Assembly: GCA_044892525.1 (NCBI GenBank)
Contig: CM097885.1
Location: 18,850,001-18,914,000, forward strand
Length of the DNA: 64,000 nucleotides
Direction of reading: 5' to 3'
From: Schmidtea polychroa
Lineage: Eukaryota
Positions 50,700 through 64,000 of this stretch are shown here, piece by piece (the stretch's first letter is position 1; each line of letters starts with the position of its first letter). The translations under genes were made by a program, and so were the position numbers. A model generated the notes under the pieces. That model searched no databases. It had not been told where the DNA came from and saw nothing but the letters and a program-made list of their open reading frames with translations.

Positions 50700-51555
50700 A
50701 TGGTCTCATCAACATTAAATATTTGCCTAGAACAATAGCCTCCATCCTCGATGATTTGCGCAAGTTCCTGGGGAAAGGTCAATGCAGCATTAGAGTCGGC
50801 GCTTGAGGCCTCTCCTTGAACTTTTATGTTGTGAAATCCTGCTCTTACTTTAAAGCGTTCAAACCATCCATTACTAGCATTGAAAAATTCATCTTTTGCA
50901 GATTCTTCTTTCTTTAATTTTAATGCTTCAAATAGGGTCATAGCTTTGGCTGAAAGAATTCTTTGATTAAGTGGCATCCGTATTCTGTTCGTCTGATCTT
51001 CAATCCAAACAATTAATAGAGTTTCCATTTCCCGAATTAGATTTTCACGTACTCTTATATATGTTGATTACATAGGCCTAGCTCTCTTTACTTCCTCTAA
51101 ATACTTTTCTTTACTCTTTATTATCGTGCTAATTGTTGAATGAGACAGTTTGAAATTTTGAGCAAGTTCATGCACTTTTGCTCCACCATCATGCTGTCGA
51201 ATAATGTCATGTTTTATTTCAAGAGTAAATGATTGCCGACTTTTTTTGGTAGTTTGGTTGTAAATATAAATAATAATCATTATGATTTAATAACTAAATT
51301 TTTAATATGTGAACAATATGCGATTTATTCCTGTATTTACTATTTAAAGTGTTATTAGTGATTTTGTGTTACTTATTCTCGCATTTAGTTACATGAAATT
51401 ATTTTGTTAAAGAATAGATAGGCGAAATTCAAGACCTACGACGAATTAGCCATTTATAACATTGGGTCAATGGGAAATAAAACCTCTCTTTACGACTGCT
51501 CACATTACGACTTCTTTTCAGCAACCAATTAGGTCGTAATTGCGAGGATTTACTG
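50700..51555 (-). mobile_element. Truncated Tigger/pogo DNA transposon (5' part of the transposase)
   Basis: HTH-psq (SFTLEIKHDII...STISTIIK), CENP-B HTH (FNASNGWFERFK) and first catalytic NVDET; TIR-like CAGTAAATCCTCG at 51555 next to TA. Confidence 0.88.
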
Positions 51556-53644
51556 TATACAATATAGAGTTGGTGATAAATTTAAATGTTACTCTGACTC
51601 CAAACGTGTCTTTATACGATCCACAAATAACACTTGACAACAGAAAATTTTATTGATAATCACAAATAAACTTTCTCCTTACACTGACAATCAATTCAAC
51701 ACTCTGCTTGGTGTCTATATAATTCTTATTACAACACTCGATGAGGAATAGCACTTGCGTATAACACCGGATTAAAAGATCACAAATTACTGATTGGTTT
51801 ATCGACTGGGACTTTGAGCTGGTTGTTTTCTTTGACCTTCTTCACAAATTTATTCAAATACTCAAATAACTTCTTTTTGTTTTATTTTTCAACTAATTGT
51901 TTTATTCAAATCTTCTCCAACAATTATTCTTCACAATTCTTTTCTTTACAATTCTTTTTCACAAACGTTTCTCCAACAACGTTTCGTCCGACGTTGTCTA
52001 ATTTTTCTCCAATAATTTTATCTCTCAAATTGTCTCTGAAATCGTCTCACAATTTGTCTTAATTTCGCGTCACTTTTTGTCTCTAATTTTTGTCCAATTT
52101 TGTCTCTGTTAGTTTCTCTTTATATAGTTCGCTTCTATTGTGGCACTCAAGATAATCAAGTGTTTTTCCACTTTCTATTTCCTGCTTTCCCCGACTGTTC
52201 CATTTTTATCTCTGACGGCTGTCCAGATAGTTTATCTTTTTCCTTTTTTGTTCAACCGCCTTCTTCCAGCAATTACGTTATCACTGGCAGGTTGTTGAGA
52301 TAAGAATATTGTTGTTTTCCTTTTTTCCCGATTTCAAAATTCCTTTTCCTTTTTGTATTAATTAATTAATACTGACCTTGGTTTTTATTTTCATGTTTGA
52401 TTCCTTTTTTTTCCTTCCTCTTCCTCATTTCTCAATTCATTTTGCTTCCACTTTCTTTTCTGAGTTCCCATAGATCGTCCCGTTTGTCATGGCGATATTC
52501 CCCCAGGTAATTTTATTTATTTATTTATAAATTGTTATTTAGGTATCCTCAACAATGTTTTATATATTTCAGAATCAACGAGAATGAAAGGAGGACCTAA
52601 GTAAGTAAAACTAGAAGGACAGTTGGGGTTGGGATTACGAAGGAAGATTTGGAATTAAGGTTTCCCTGCAACTAATCTCGGTTCATCAATGGAGAAAAAG
52701 TTGACTAATGCTCAGAATGAGTATGCAGAACTCCCGGTTGCGGTTCTAAATAGGGAACCATGCATGAGTCATGCACGAGATATATGCAGCCATCGCTCGT
52801 TCGAAGAAGTCATCTTAAGGGGAAAGATCCCTAACACGAACGGCGAACTTCAACATCTCTTGAACAGAGCCTGGAGCGACTACTTACAAAGAATTGTGAA
52901 CCGAGATGTAATATTGTCCGAGAGCATCTCGCTGACACGAAACTTATATAACCAATCCAGCCAAAGAAGATGAACGCATCATAGATAATACTGGCAAATG
53001 TACTGATGAGGTTGTAAAAGTAAATTATTCCAAAATGAGGTTGAAAAATTAAATTATGTTAAATTGAATATTTTCGAGTAAAAGGAAAACCGAAACTGAA
53101 CGAAAGATAATGGCGATCAAGCAGAGAATTAATGGCAAAAAAACAGAACCGAGGTGACTGGACCCAGTTTGTATCATCCTAAGTTTGTTCCATGCCGCAT
53201 AAGATGACAGCTACCTAATCCTCATTACATTCCTGGAGTGCTGTTCAATCTGGATCCTCCGCCCGTGTGAATCTGATGTTCGATTCGTCGCAATCGGACC
53301 ACCGCCACTCTAATGTCGCTGAGGGCTAGCATCCGGGCCTCCAGACCCGGGTTGTTGTAGACCTCGATCTTGACCCAAGCCAGCGCCCCTGGTTCCGGTC
53401 CCGTCCTGACGACCTGGAAGGAGCGACGGGATGGTGATAAGCTCTCGTTGGCCCAGTCGTGGATCTTATACTAGATTCACCTGGTGTGGAGTTGCATAAT
53501 CGACTGAGTGGTAGTTTCTCCGGTGGCGGTCTGGATCTTGTCTTGGTCATGGGACGTCTCACCATTGGGACTGGGATCCATATTCTGCTTTCTTAATTTC
53601 GTCATAGTCAAAGATTCGTCTAAGGATTTCTCGAAAAACAATAT

Positions 53645-53682
53645 TGGCATAAAAGAGTGTCACTTGTGACTGAAGTGTGGCA

Positions 53683-53729
<47 letters not shown>

Positions 53730-55334
53730 CTATTTTGGTGTAGTAGTATGTGTGTGCATTGATGCAGTAAAACAAATTCGATTTTTTTTAATTCCTGAAT
53801 ATTCTATTTTTGATTTTTAATGATTTTGATGGCGATTTTTTCGTATTTGTTTTTGTTTTTATTTTTGAATTATTTTTTATTAAATTTGCCTCCATGATGG
53901 ATTTGGGCATTTCCAGAACATGCTGAATTTAATCTATTTCTTATTTTTAATTTGTTTTTTTTGTGAATTTTTTCTAAAATTTTTATATTTTAAACTAAAA
54001 TATTTATTTTTCCTAAATTTTATTGTGTTGATTGGCGGCCATGGTGGATTTTGCCATTTTTATGGATTGTTCTGGGTTTTTTGTTGAAATTTTGATACAG
54101 TTTTGTTGGGGTTCAGTAAGAACCGGAATTAGAGGTATTAGGAAAGCTTTTGAATTAAATAAAAATTAATTATTAATAGTATTAAATAATTACCAAAAAT
54201 AGTTTAGAATTTAATTATAAATAGTAATAAACAATTACTATATTTAGATTTTTAACAAAAATAATATTTTAATAAAAATAAGTAGTAAAAATAGTAATTA
54301 AATAATCACTATTAATAAAATAGATTAAATAAAAATAATATAAATACTGTTGTAAATTTTAGTTTGAGAGACAAAAAATAGGAGAGACAAAAAGAAAAGA
54401 AAAAACAATATGTTTAGGAGGCTCACCATTAAATAAACGAAAGCAAAAGCTATTTTTAGAAAATAATCGAGACAGTTCTAATTTCTATAAATTATTTATC
54501 GATCGGTGATATTTAGTGCGGAATATATTATTTAATCATTATTCACAAGAGTTAAAACGATTCTAGTTAGTTTATTGATTAATTACGATAATAATAATTA
54601 TTAACATTTTAATATTTAAACATTTAAATATATCTAAAAAGCACAGTCATCAGCCAACACTTTTTTGTAGCTGTTTTGACTGATTTAAATAAAACTATTA
54701 ACCATTTATCTGGGTTAATAGTATCGCGCTTAAATTTCGGAAATCCCTCTTCTTTATCCTTGCACTTATATCGGGCTGTTGGCGCATTTAGGGTCAGCCT
54801 TGATTCTTAGAAGTAATCTTTAGGGCGGTTTGAATAACCGTTATCTTAACTTTAGCGCAGTCAGTATCTGTTGTTTTTGTAAATCAAGTTTTTCTGTAAT
54901 TTAAATTAACCTGAATAAATTTTTATAAATCATATTGTTATTTATTTATTTAATATTCAAGCGCAACCTAACATATAATTTGTGGGGTCAAATCTTTTTG
55001 TGTTGGATCGAACTACCCATCGAACCTAACAGTTTTCTTTACGAAGATTTTTAGAAGATTTTCCTTCTACTTTTTATTATTCGCCTTTATTCGAGTTTGT
55101 TTTTTATAGTTTTATGTTTCTCGGTTATATTTGAGTAAGTTTTTGTCAATACTTCTTGTGATGTTTTATAATTTATTATTATTTGGGTGTTTTAAGTTTT
55201 GTGTGTTGTTTTCTTTATTATTATTGTTTATTTGGTGTTTTACTATGTTTTAATTTAAATATACTTAATGCTGGGTATGCATGTTGTGTACCACCACATT
55301 CCATCATTATTCTAAGATGTGGGTCTAGAAGTCA
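53645..55334. mobile_element. Decayed end segment of a giant-family LTR, split by a solo LTR
   Basis: Similar to 9780-10470 (TTGGCATAAAAG, GATGCA.TAAAACAAA.TCGA, CCATGATGGATTTGG, GGGTCTAGAA). Confidence 0.75.
54104..55031. mobile_element. Solo LTR (928 bp)
   Basis: TGTTGGGGTTC...GAACCTAACA inverted ends; TSD GTTT at 54100-54103 and 55032-55035. Confidence 0.85.
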
Positions 55335-56139
55335 GTAAGGAAACTCCAAATTCAGAAAATCGGCAGTAGACTCAGATAGGACCAAGAAAACGAGAGTAGG
55401 AATTAGAGGAAAAGAAACTAAAACTGAAAAGGGGATTACAAGATGAACTAAATGGTTAGGACGAACGAGAATATCAATGGAATTCGGAGCAATGAGTGGA
55501 ATAGAAAATAAAAAGGTGAGACTTATCTTAAATCGCACAGGGTCGAGACTTTCCAGGGCGAAGCTAGATCAGACAGAGTAACCGAGTTAATTGAGTTAAT
55601 TTGTTGTTAATTGAAAATTGTTATCATTTATTGAGAGTTGTGAATTTGTTATAAACAAATATACGTTGGGAGTTTGTGTTTATTGATTTTAGGAGACGTG
55701 GAGTCAGAGTTACAAACGGTTGACTTTATATTATCATAAAACCCAACAGTACCAATCGCAGCGTGTGATAAAATTCACTTTGAACTACTATAGGTAGCAT
55801 TATTTTTCTTCTAAGTGATTTTCGTTTATCTGTTATTTATTAATTATATGTCGCTTCGAACTGGTTTTTATTAATTCGGATTTGTAGGACAGAGATGAAT
55901 GATACAGATGCGGTGGAATTTGTGTACATAAATAATGCAATGAATGGATTCCCTTTATCAAGCCATAAACGATAGGGTTAATCGACGCTTGGTAGTTATT
56001 AATAAATGAGTTATTAATAAATGAGATAATTTATGATAAAACTAAACAATTTGCTTGTTGTTTTTGGTTCAACCAATTTAAATATTTCATATTTTAATGG
56101 AACATTTCAAGGAGGTATTTCGTTTAGATCTGAATACAG

Positions 56140-56480
56140 TGACTAAGCAGGTGGAGGTTCCCCACTTGTGAGGTGATAGATATGGAGGCCATATGATTTT
56201 CACCCGACACCATGAACAAGTAAAAGTTGCTTGTGGCACAGTTTCAAGAACAAGCCGTCCGAGATCAGATAGAGATCAGAACTCTGAAACTTAGAATCCG
56301 GCTGCTAGAAGCAGTTGATTGACAAGTCACTAACGATGATCATATAGCAAAGCCAATGTTAGCAAGGCCTCATCTGGAAATCTTGCATTCGGATCAATCA
56401 AATTAAAATAACAATAGGTCCGGTGATTAGTTTGTAGCGAGGCATGCTCGTCAAAGTTTGGAGAAGCTAAATCTACCAGA
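56140..56480 (+). pseudogene. Decayed homolog of the LTR coiled-coil ORF
   Basis: MEAI*FSPDTMNK...QEQAVRDQIEIRTLKLRIRLLE resembles LESTWFSPEDMKK...QAAQDQMEIRALKLQLRALK. Confidence 0.65.
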
Positions 56481-58902
56481 GACGACGAAAGAATATAATT
56501 GATAACAATTTGTAAGATTAAAATATATTGTTTTGAAACCGAAAATTCATAAATCTGTTGGGTTGATAACTTAGTGAGTCCAAACCACCAAATAAAATAA
56601 CTAAATAGGAATTAAGTTAAGTGGGGAATTAGCCAAGTAGAGAGGGGGAGTAAAGAGTGAGATGAAAAAACTGATAATCAGAAATAAAAATAACAGAAAA
56701 ATCAATAAAAAACCTTAAGTAAATACCCCTCAGAAAGAAAAATAAAGAAAAATAATAGAAAAATAATAGCCATTAAAGGAAGAAATAACGAGAAAATTAA
56801 AATGATAATAGCAAAACCAAAAAATAGAAATAATAATTAAAGAAAAGATAAGTAAAGCATAAAATCACGAGAAAATACCCCAACAGCCAACAAAAGAAAA
56901 ACAAGAATATTAAAAATCATTTATTAATAAAATCACTAAAAATAATAAAGAAAACATAAGAAAAGAATAAAAAAGAGAAAAAACGAGAAAAAACACAATA
57001 GTACAACCTGATTGGACAGAATCCAGTATATAAGAAAATAGAGCAGCAAATTCCCTCAGTTTTAGAATTTTCAATTTAGGTAAGGAATACTGTAAATTAA
57101 CTCAGTTTTAGAATTTTCAATTTAGGACTACCACTACTCAACCAACTTTCACTTAGTAATCATCGATCCGGACAGAGAAGCAATTAACCGATATTCAACT
57201 TATTGCGGACTCCACTAATTTTCAGTCTCCAACATGTAACATTTCATTTATTTTTATTACTATTTCATTACTATTTTTATTAGTAATCACATAACCATTG
57301 AAAATTTTAATCCACTGTTCTCTCTTCTTTTGGGATGAATTATTTATTTAATGATAATATGAAAAAACGGATTTTGTATTTGTAAAGTATTGAATAAATT
57401 ATTTATAACACGATTGAAGGAATTATGTATTTAATGATAACAGTATTGAATAAATTGTTTATAACATGATTGAATGAATTATTTATTTAATGATAGCAGT
57501 ATCGAATAAGTTATTTAATGGTAGTATGATAATTATATAAATATGATGAATAGTAGAATTATGGAGAGAAGAATTCAGAAAAAATCCATGGGGTTAGACA
57601 AAGGGAAACTAGAATCCGAATCGAGAAAAATTTAAGAAATATTCAATGAATTGACAGATCGAGTTGTACGGATAGATTGGAGATAGATTTGAGACGGAGA
57701 TGAAATGAGAAGCGTTGATGATTGGGATGCAGGAATAGTTTCGATATTGAGGAGAAAATAATTATCTAGCGAGGTTTTAGAATTCAGATGCATGGAACTG
57801 GGAAATCAAGTCATGTAGGGCGTAGCCAGTTAGGGAAGTGAAAACTTTACAACTAGAGAGTATGATCGTTATAGCAACAGTTCTAGTGGAAGTAGCCGGA
57901 AATAGCGTATCTGTCATGAGATAGCTGTAGGACTGAAGTGGAGCGTGATGAGAGACTTGAGTAGGAGAAATGAGTTCGGTTGATCTAAAATGATATTTAT
58001 GAATTTTATGTCATGTATTATTTATGCTTACTTTAATTTAATTTTGAACTGAAAGATGTGGTGATGAGATTAGCCAGGAGGATGTCTGGAACTGTTGATA
58101 CTTGTATCGATAAGGCACAGATCGTCTTGCTGGATGATTACTCACGGGAGTTGAAGGAGACTACGTATAGATAGAAGTGAAATTGAAAGATTGAAAGAGA
58201 CGATCAGTTCTATGGCTCAGTAGTGGCAGTAGTAGAATCCAGTTGCACCTTCTGAAATTAATAGGAGAGAGCTTCCGTCTTGTAGTGTGACAGACATCGC
58301 GAGGAGAACTTGTTTTTCCAATCATTTATCTTGTAATGAGAAAGCTTCAGTAGAATATAGTAGAAAAATAGATCTAATCGCCTACTTCTCAAATCTGTAA
58401 TTTAAGAGGTTTGATCGCCAACTCGTCAATGGCCGTCATAGCGTAATCAACTATCCATTTCGTTGTATATACTCTGAGAAAATTTCGATTTTGTTCGTCG
58501 ATAAAATCACTCATAATTCAGATTATAAACATTCAGTAGGCATTCATGTATACTAAGGATAACAGATCGTAACGAGAAATCTGAATAAACGGCGAATAGG
58601 TCAGATACCGGCAGTGTCGAGTGAGAGCGAATATTAGCATTAATATAAACATACACATATATCACGATTTGAGGCAGTGATGATTTCTCTGAATTAATAC
58701 AAATGCCAGTAGTATAGAGTAAATATTCATTCATAACAAAAAGCCAATTTTTCTTTTCTCGCAGAAAGATAATATCGGGTCATCACAAGAATGCATCTGA
58801 TAGGTGACATTTATGTAAAAAATGATTACATCATCGCTTGCATAGTCGCGAGTAAATATCTCTGACGAGTAACGAGATTGAATCAAGGACATCACTGATA
58901 AC

Positions 58903-58976
58903 CAGGCTCGTACGCAGGATGAATCCATGGGGGGGGGGGGGTATATATTATTTTTATTTATATATAGAGGGGGGGT

Positions 58977-59036
<60 letters not shown>

Positions 59037-60295
59037 GGCCGCCGAGAGGACTTTTGGGGCCCGGGAATATACTTCTTGTGGGGGCCCCTGCCAAGAGCGT
59101 GAAAATAAATTTTTCCCCTCGGACCTTGGCGCGAGAGATTTGTTTTGTATATTGGCATCATAAATTGATTTTAAATGGAGTATTTCTTCACCAAGATTAT
59201 GGTCAATATTTTTTTCATATACCTTTTGTAATTTTTCGGACTTCTTTTGTATTTCTTCATCATTAAGGTTATGAAATAACCATAATACATTAAATAACGA
59301 ATCAATTTCTTTAGCCGCATTAAATCTTCTTGCAATATTTCCAATAATACAATCTAAGAAAACATTGAAAACATTTGTTCTGAATTCGTCACTTGGCGTT
59401 ATTTCTAATTCATCCACGTCGCGAATATCGGAGTCGATGGCGGTCTCCCATTGACTGCTAATTACTAATAATCGAAAATTAGACTTCAACACTCCAACAC
59501 CGGTAAAGAAATGCTTTGTAGCCCAACGCTTAGGTTAATTTCTTATTCACTTTCGGCTTAGTTCACAAACACGATTACTTTATCCGCTTCTTCCTGGAGA
59601 TTTTCACATTGATCAAACAACTACACTTACTACACTATTAATGTTTGTAATTTTTCTTTTAGTTAAATGATAATAGAGTTTGTAAATAATGAAACAGGCT
59701 CAAAATGTCAAAAACTAGTATATATTTGGATTGACTGATCGTGTGCGGTACAGGATGAACTCGCGTGAAAATAACCGTGTCCCGCACACGGTTCCCTAGT
59801 CGGCCCACACGCATCCCTTAAGGGCCTTAAGGCGCTGGCGCCAGACCAGTGATAGCAAGACTTGACTCTTGACAAACAAAAGATTGCCACATGTGCTTAC
59901 CATTACTGCAAGATGCGTTTGTGCCGTGTAGACTTTTTCGCAAAGGGGGTTCCGAAAGCAATCTTGGCAACGGACACTCTCCAGACGTACCCCACACACA
60001 CGCACTACAAAAGGAGGAACATAGTTCCTACAAATTGAAATCAAGATTTTTTCATAAAAAAATCAAGTGATCTAAATCATGATAGATTTTTTCTCCGGGG
60101 CCCCTAGAACCCAGGGACCCCGGGTATTTTCCCCATCAACCCCCCCCCCCTCTTGTCGGGCCTGTATATATATATTTCGGAATATTTCTTAAATTGTTTT
60201 AAGTTTATATATTTATTAATTAGTTTTTTATATTGTTGTTGGAATCATGGGGGGGGGGGTTAAACCCCCAGTAACCCCCCCTGCGTACGCCACTG
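58903..60295. mobile_element. hAT-type MITE containing a nested hAT derivative
   Basis: Ends CAGGCTCGTACGCAGG / CCTGCGTACGCCACTG; perfect TSD CTGATAAC at 58895-58902 and 60296-60303. Confidence 0.85.
59034..60164 (-). mobile_element. Internally deleted hAT transposon with transposase remnant (~59140-59420)
   Basis: Imperfect TIRs CAGGGCCGCCGAGAGG / CCTCTTGTCGGGCCTG within (TA)n; FRTNVFNVFLDCII..I.RRF...Y...I...L.EEI resembles hAT transposase C-terminal sequence. Confidence 0.75.
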
Positions 60296-61029
60296 CTGAT
60301 AACTATGTAAATTCTGCCAGAAATCTAAATTCTCGAATTGCATCAGTAGAGATAAATTGCCACTACTATTAAGAAATCAACAACGCAAAGTGATGATAAT
60401 ACTGTCAGCATTTGTCCTAACCATTTTCACACTGTCAACAGCACATTAACTACGGTCAATTCTGTCACCGCTCTAGTAATGAATATAATTTCTCACGCGC
60501 AATAAAATTTTCAGGATTATTATCGGGAAATCCTCAAATTGCAGGAATTATTCGTTGATACAAGGCACATTGAAATACGATTTCAGCCAATAATTTAACA
60601 TTAGTAATTAGACATCATTTAATTGAGTTAAGATTGATAGTCCTTATTTCATATCATTTGATTTAATTTAAATCACAATAAGCAACGGAACCGTGCAAGG
60701 ATAAATAAATCCAATTTCAGACAAATTGTAAAGAAATAAAACTTTTTGTAAATTTTTCGATCGAACCTTTTCTTCCCACTACCCATCCGAATTTTTGAAT
60801 TACGTTATCTCAGAGATATTAAAGGAAATAGCGGTAGTAAATTGACCCCGAGGAAATTCTTAGATAATGCAAATTCCGTCTACATGGATGAGTTGTCTTT
60901 AATGATTATAAATTTCAGTGTAAATCAAAATGTCAGAACCAAATCTTCCCCCAACCGGCCCGAGACCCTGTTTCTCGTGTGCCGATAAGAATGCAGCCTT
61001 AAAAAGTCCACCGACTATATTGGGACTTT

Positions 61030-61674
61030 GAAGTGTCGAATCGACACGTTGGAGGGCACCTGGTTTGCCTCAACGTAAATGAAGGAGGCCCAAATGAAGA
61101 TCCTCAGGCTCGAGCACTGCCGTGATAGTTTGCTCGAAGAAGCAGGAGCCAATGACTCACTATCAAGGCCCAATCTGCGGCTCTCCACCGTATTTATTCC
61201 GATGCAAAATTAAAGACCCGCGTCGCCGAATATCCTACCTTGGATAAGGGAAATATATTTTCTCTTCACCATCAGCCGGACCACCTGAATTCTCTTCACC
61301 TATCTCGATGTAATTCTCATGGCCCCACAATAACGTCGCCAACAATACCTGACGTCACGATAACAGGAATTTATATACCGACTACATCTGCCGCGAGCTC
61401 TACGGGTACTTCAAATTCTCAGGGGATCGTTCTGACCGAACCATCAAAAGCCAAGAGAAAGAAAAGATTAACCCGAGCAGAGAAGACCAAGAAACGGCAG
61501 GATGAGATAGCTGCCTTGGAAGTGACCTTGTTCGCAGTATCCACCACGAGACCAGCCCCGCCTGCTCATCCGGTTTCATCGTTTAAAATTGTCCCAGCCA
61601 ATGATCCTCTGCAAACAGCCTACCCCGTGCTGCAAACAGACATCGCCGCAATATTGAGCGAAGGTGATATATGA
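61030..61674 (+). pseudogene. Distant decayed homolog of the LTR coiled-coil ORF
   Basis: CRIDTLEGTWFAST*MKE... and later KAKRKKRLTRAEK resemble CRELESTWFSPEDMKK and KPTRKRLGRNIREK. Confidence 0.5.
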
Positions 61675-62987
61675 GCAACAGAAATCTGTATGAGTTTACC
61701 TGACTTATAAACTGTAGCTGTTTTGATGAAAATGTTTTCTGCGCTTGATTTCTTTGTAATGTACGATGGTCTTAATTCATGTAGTCGGTGTGTAAAAATA
61801 TTGTATCAGATGAAATAAATATATAGAAATGAACTGTTTTCTCATCGTTATCCGAGTATCTGAATAGTTTTTCTAGGACGCTATTATAAAAAATTGGTAA
61901 GAGTTGAATGACCTCACCTGGAGCAGAGGCAATTATCGTTCGATGTAAGTCTTTCTAACGGTATTCAAGAACCCGAACTGTGAATACTGTGTGGAGTAGA
62001 CCTAACACAGGGGCTCACCTGCTCACAGGTTCCGACCTGTGTGTACAGCACCAACATGGCTCATTGTCATGGGTACATATGAGGGAAAATTGTCGACAAA
62101 TCAACTTGGGTGCCTGGGAAAGAACCGAATCAATTGCACAGTTGCTCCTAGTTACACCACTTGTGGATGGCACACCCTCAGGTACCCAACAAATCCTTCA
62201 TATTAGGGACAAAATGAGGAACCGTAGCGAAAGCCAGACCAAAGTCTTCTATATGTAGTCCATAAATCCATACGAATGCTTGACGATTATAATGCATAAG
62301 GATGAGTTTGCAATTATCCATCCATTCAATGCATAATGATAGTTAAACGATCTACCAAGGGGCGAATGAATGTTAGAGCACGAAACCAAAAACGCGTCAG
62401 GGCATCAAAAAGCCTAGAAATATGACTCAGCTTTAGCTAACCGTCACCCACTCACACACAAGACCAACATCACTCGCGGTGGATGCATAATGGTAAGAAC
62501 ATTATATAGTAATATGACAAGAGGTTGTAATGTATAAATTTTAGTCGTTTGCAATAAAATAATCTTCCTTTGCCGTATTCCCAGTAGCTTCAAAGCTTCG
62601 CTAAGCACTAAATTTGAACAACCAACAGAGGTGTGGGTGTAAAATATTGTAAATATAATTATATTTATAATAATAAGCAAAATTACTTTAATTTTTAAGA
62701 GTGAAACATTTAATACTTTTAAACTAAATTTTATTATTCCGAACTATTAAAATATTCATAAAATTTGACTTTTATGATTTTTTTGAATAAAGATAATAAT
62801 TATCCTTAAAAATAAATTTTGAAAAAACTAAAAACTTATTAATTGGAAAATCTTAGGCAAATAAACGATTATTAATAAATTTTAATATTTCAGTAATTAA
62901 AATTGTTCGAAAATGCAAATTTTTTAAACTTTGTTTATTTTAGTGTGCTTAAATTAATTTTTTTTGTAAAAATCATTTTTCTAAAGT

Positions 62988-63743
62988 ATGAGTAATTGGA
63001 AAAATAGTTCCGTTGAAAGTGGAAGCAATCGGAGCAATTCTTCTAATAGATCATTTAAAAATTTTCATAGTCGATCCAGGTCCCAATCACGAAGTGCATC
63101 TATTAATGATAAATATCCACCTCAAAGATCTAAAAGATCTTATTCTCGCTCGCCATCCATAGTGAAACGTAAAGGACGAACTAATAATGAGAATCCTGAA
63201 CCATGTTCATGTATAGGTGTATTTGGATTATCTAAAAGAACTGATGAACGAGAATTGCGAGAAACTTTTGAAAAATTCGGAAGAATAAAAACAGTAACAT
63301 TAATAATGGATAAATATCAACATGAATCGCTTGGCTATGGATTCATTAATTATGAAGATCTTGATTCAGCTACTAGAGCTATTAAAGAAGGAAATGGAAT
63401 GAATATTGATGGTAAAGATATTCGAGTCGATTATAGTATAACTAAAAAAGCTCATACTCCAACTCCTGGAACATATAAAGGCAAAACATCTAACAGGCGT
63501 AATAATGGATTTGATGGAAATAACCGCCGAAGAGATTTTTCTGATAGAAGAAGATCACGATCCAGAAGCTATGATAGAAGGGGATCTAATAGGAGGAGCC
63601 CGCCCAGAAGAAGCCCTCCAAGATACTCATATAGTAAGCCATCTTATAACAGAAATTCTTATAATCGAAGTCCGCCTATGAGAAGTTTCGATAGGAGATC
63701 AAGATCAAGAAGTTATGAAAGGTCAAATAGACGGTATCATTAG
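62988..63743 (+). CDS. tra2: Transformer-2-like SR splicing regulator, intronless paralog
   Basis: RRM CIGVFGLSKRTDERELRE...IRVDYSITKKAHTPTPGTYKG with RS flanks; clearly paralogous to 1128..1895. Confidence 0.9.
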   Translation: MSNWKNSSVESGSNRSNSSNRSFKNFHSRSRSQSRSASINDKYPPQRSKRSYSRSPSIVKRKGRTNNENPEPCSCIGVFGLSKRTDERELRETFEKFGRIKTVTLIMDKYQHESLGYGFINYEDLDSATRAIKEGNGMNIDGKDIRVDYSITKKAHTPTPGTYKGKTSNRRNNGFDGNNRRRDFSDRRRSRSRSYDRRGSNRRSPPRRSPPRYSYSKPSYNRNSYNRSPPMRSFDRRSRSRSYERSNRRYH

Positions 63744-64000
63744 TTTATGTAATAAACTTTTCGGATTTATTAACTTTACGTTATTTCATTGAAAAATAAA
63801 CAATGTCGTGATTGCGCCAGCATTTTTATAGTATGAAATTGCTTTTTTATTTTTGTTAGCATGCAGTTCATACTTATTTAATCGATGTAAAGTGGATAAT
63901 AAACCTGAAAGATTTATAAATAGTTTCAATCAATTTTATTCTTCTGGTGCATTATTATTTGTGTGTTATTCCAGCGCTATTTTTGAATTAATTCTGTTTG

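Noticed and set aside
52689..53565. Short ORFs and splice-like signals upstream of the 53645 LTR relic
   Set aside because: No assignable homology; probably decayed LTR-internal sequence.
56556..57234. Possible solo LTR TGTTGGG...CCAACA
   Set aside because: Flanking 4-mers do not match, so the boundaries are unsupported.
58731..59492. 253-aa ORF as a real gene
   Set aside because: Chimeric frame running from a hAT transposase remnant through a TIR, (TA)n and a MITE.

Overview
AT-rich, transposon-dense eukaryotic (probably invertebrate) DNA. The window is dominated by one intact, apparently very recent 34.2-kb Ty3/gypsy-type LTR element on the minus strand (6159-40366). It has 4324-bp TG...CA LTRs, an ATAG target-site duplication and a tRNA-Pro-like PBS. 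Its single ~4700-aa ORF runs, in order: Gag with three CCHC knuckles, two ubiquitin-like domains, a TRAF/MATH domain, a third ubiquitin-like domain, a Bcl-2-like domain, a chuvirus-like envelope glycoprotein placed between Gag and Pol, then PR-RT-RNaseH-IN, ankyrin repeats and a second type-I membrane protein. A recurring protease-site-like motif falls at many of the domain joins. The element also carries an upstream RING ORF, six downstream accessory ORFs (TRAF, IAP, three coiled-coil proteins, a membrane protein) and two ORFs inside each LTR. Every accessory ORF begins 0-3 nt after an AG, and every internal spacer carries TGTA(A/G)ATA. This suggests a virus-like element with a cell-death-control toolkit, expressed through a spliced-leader or operon-like scheme. 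Its size and cargo recall the planarian 'Burro' giant elements, but the host and family are my inference. The flanks hold two intronless tra2-like genes, a rearranged small gypsy relic with a long inverted duplication, nested solo LTRs, decayed relatives of the giant LTR, hAT MITEs and a Tigger/pogo fragment. All domain calls come from reading motifs by eye; no searches were run.
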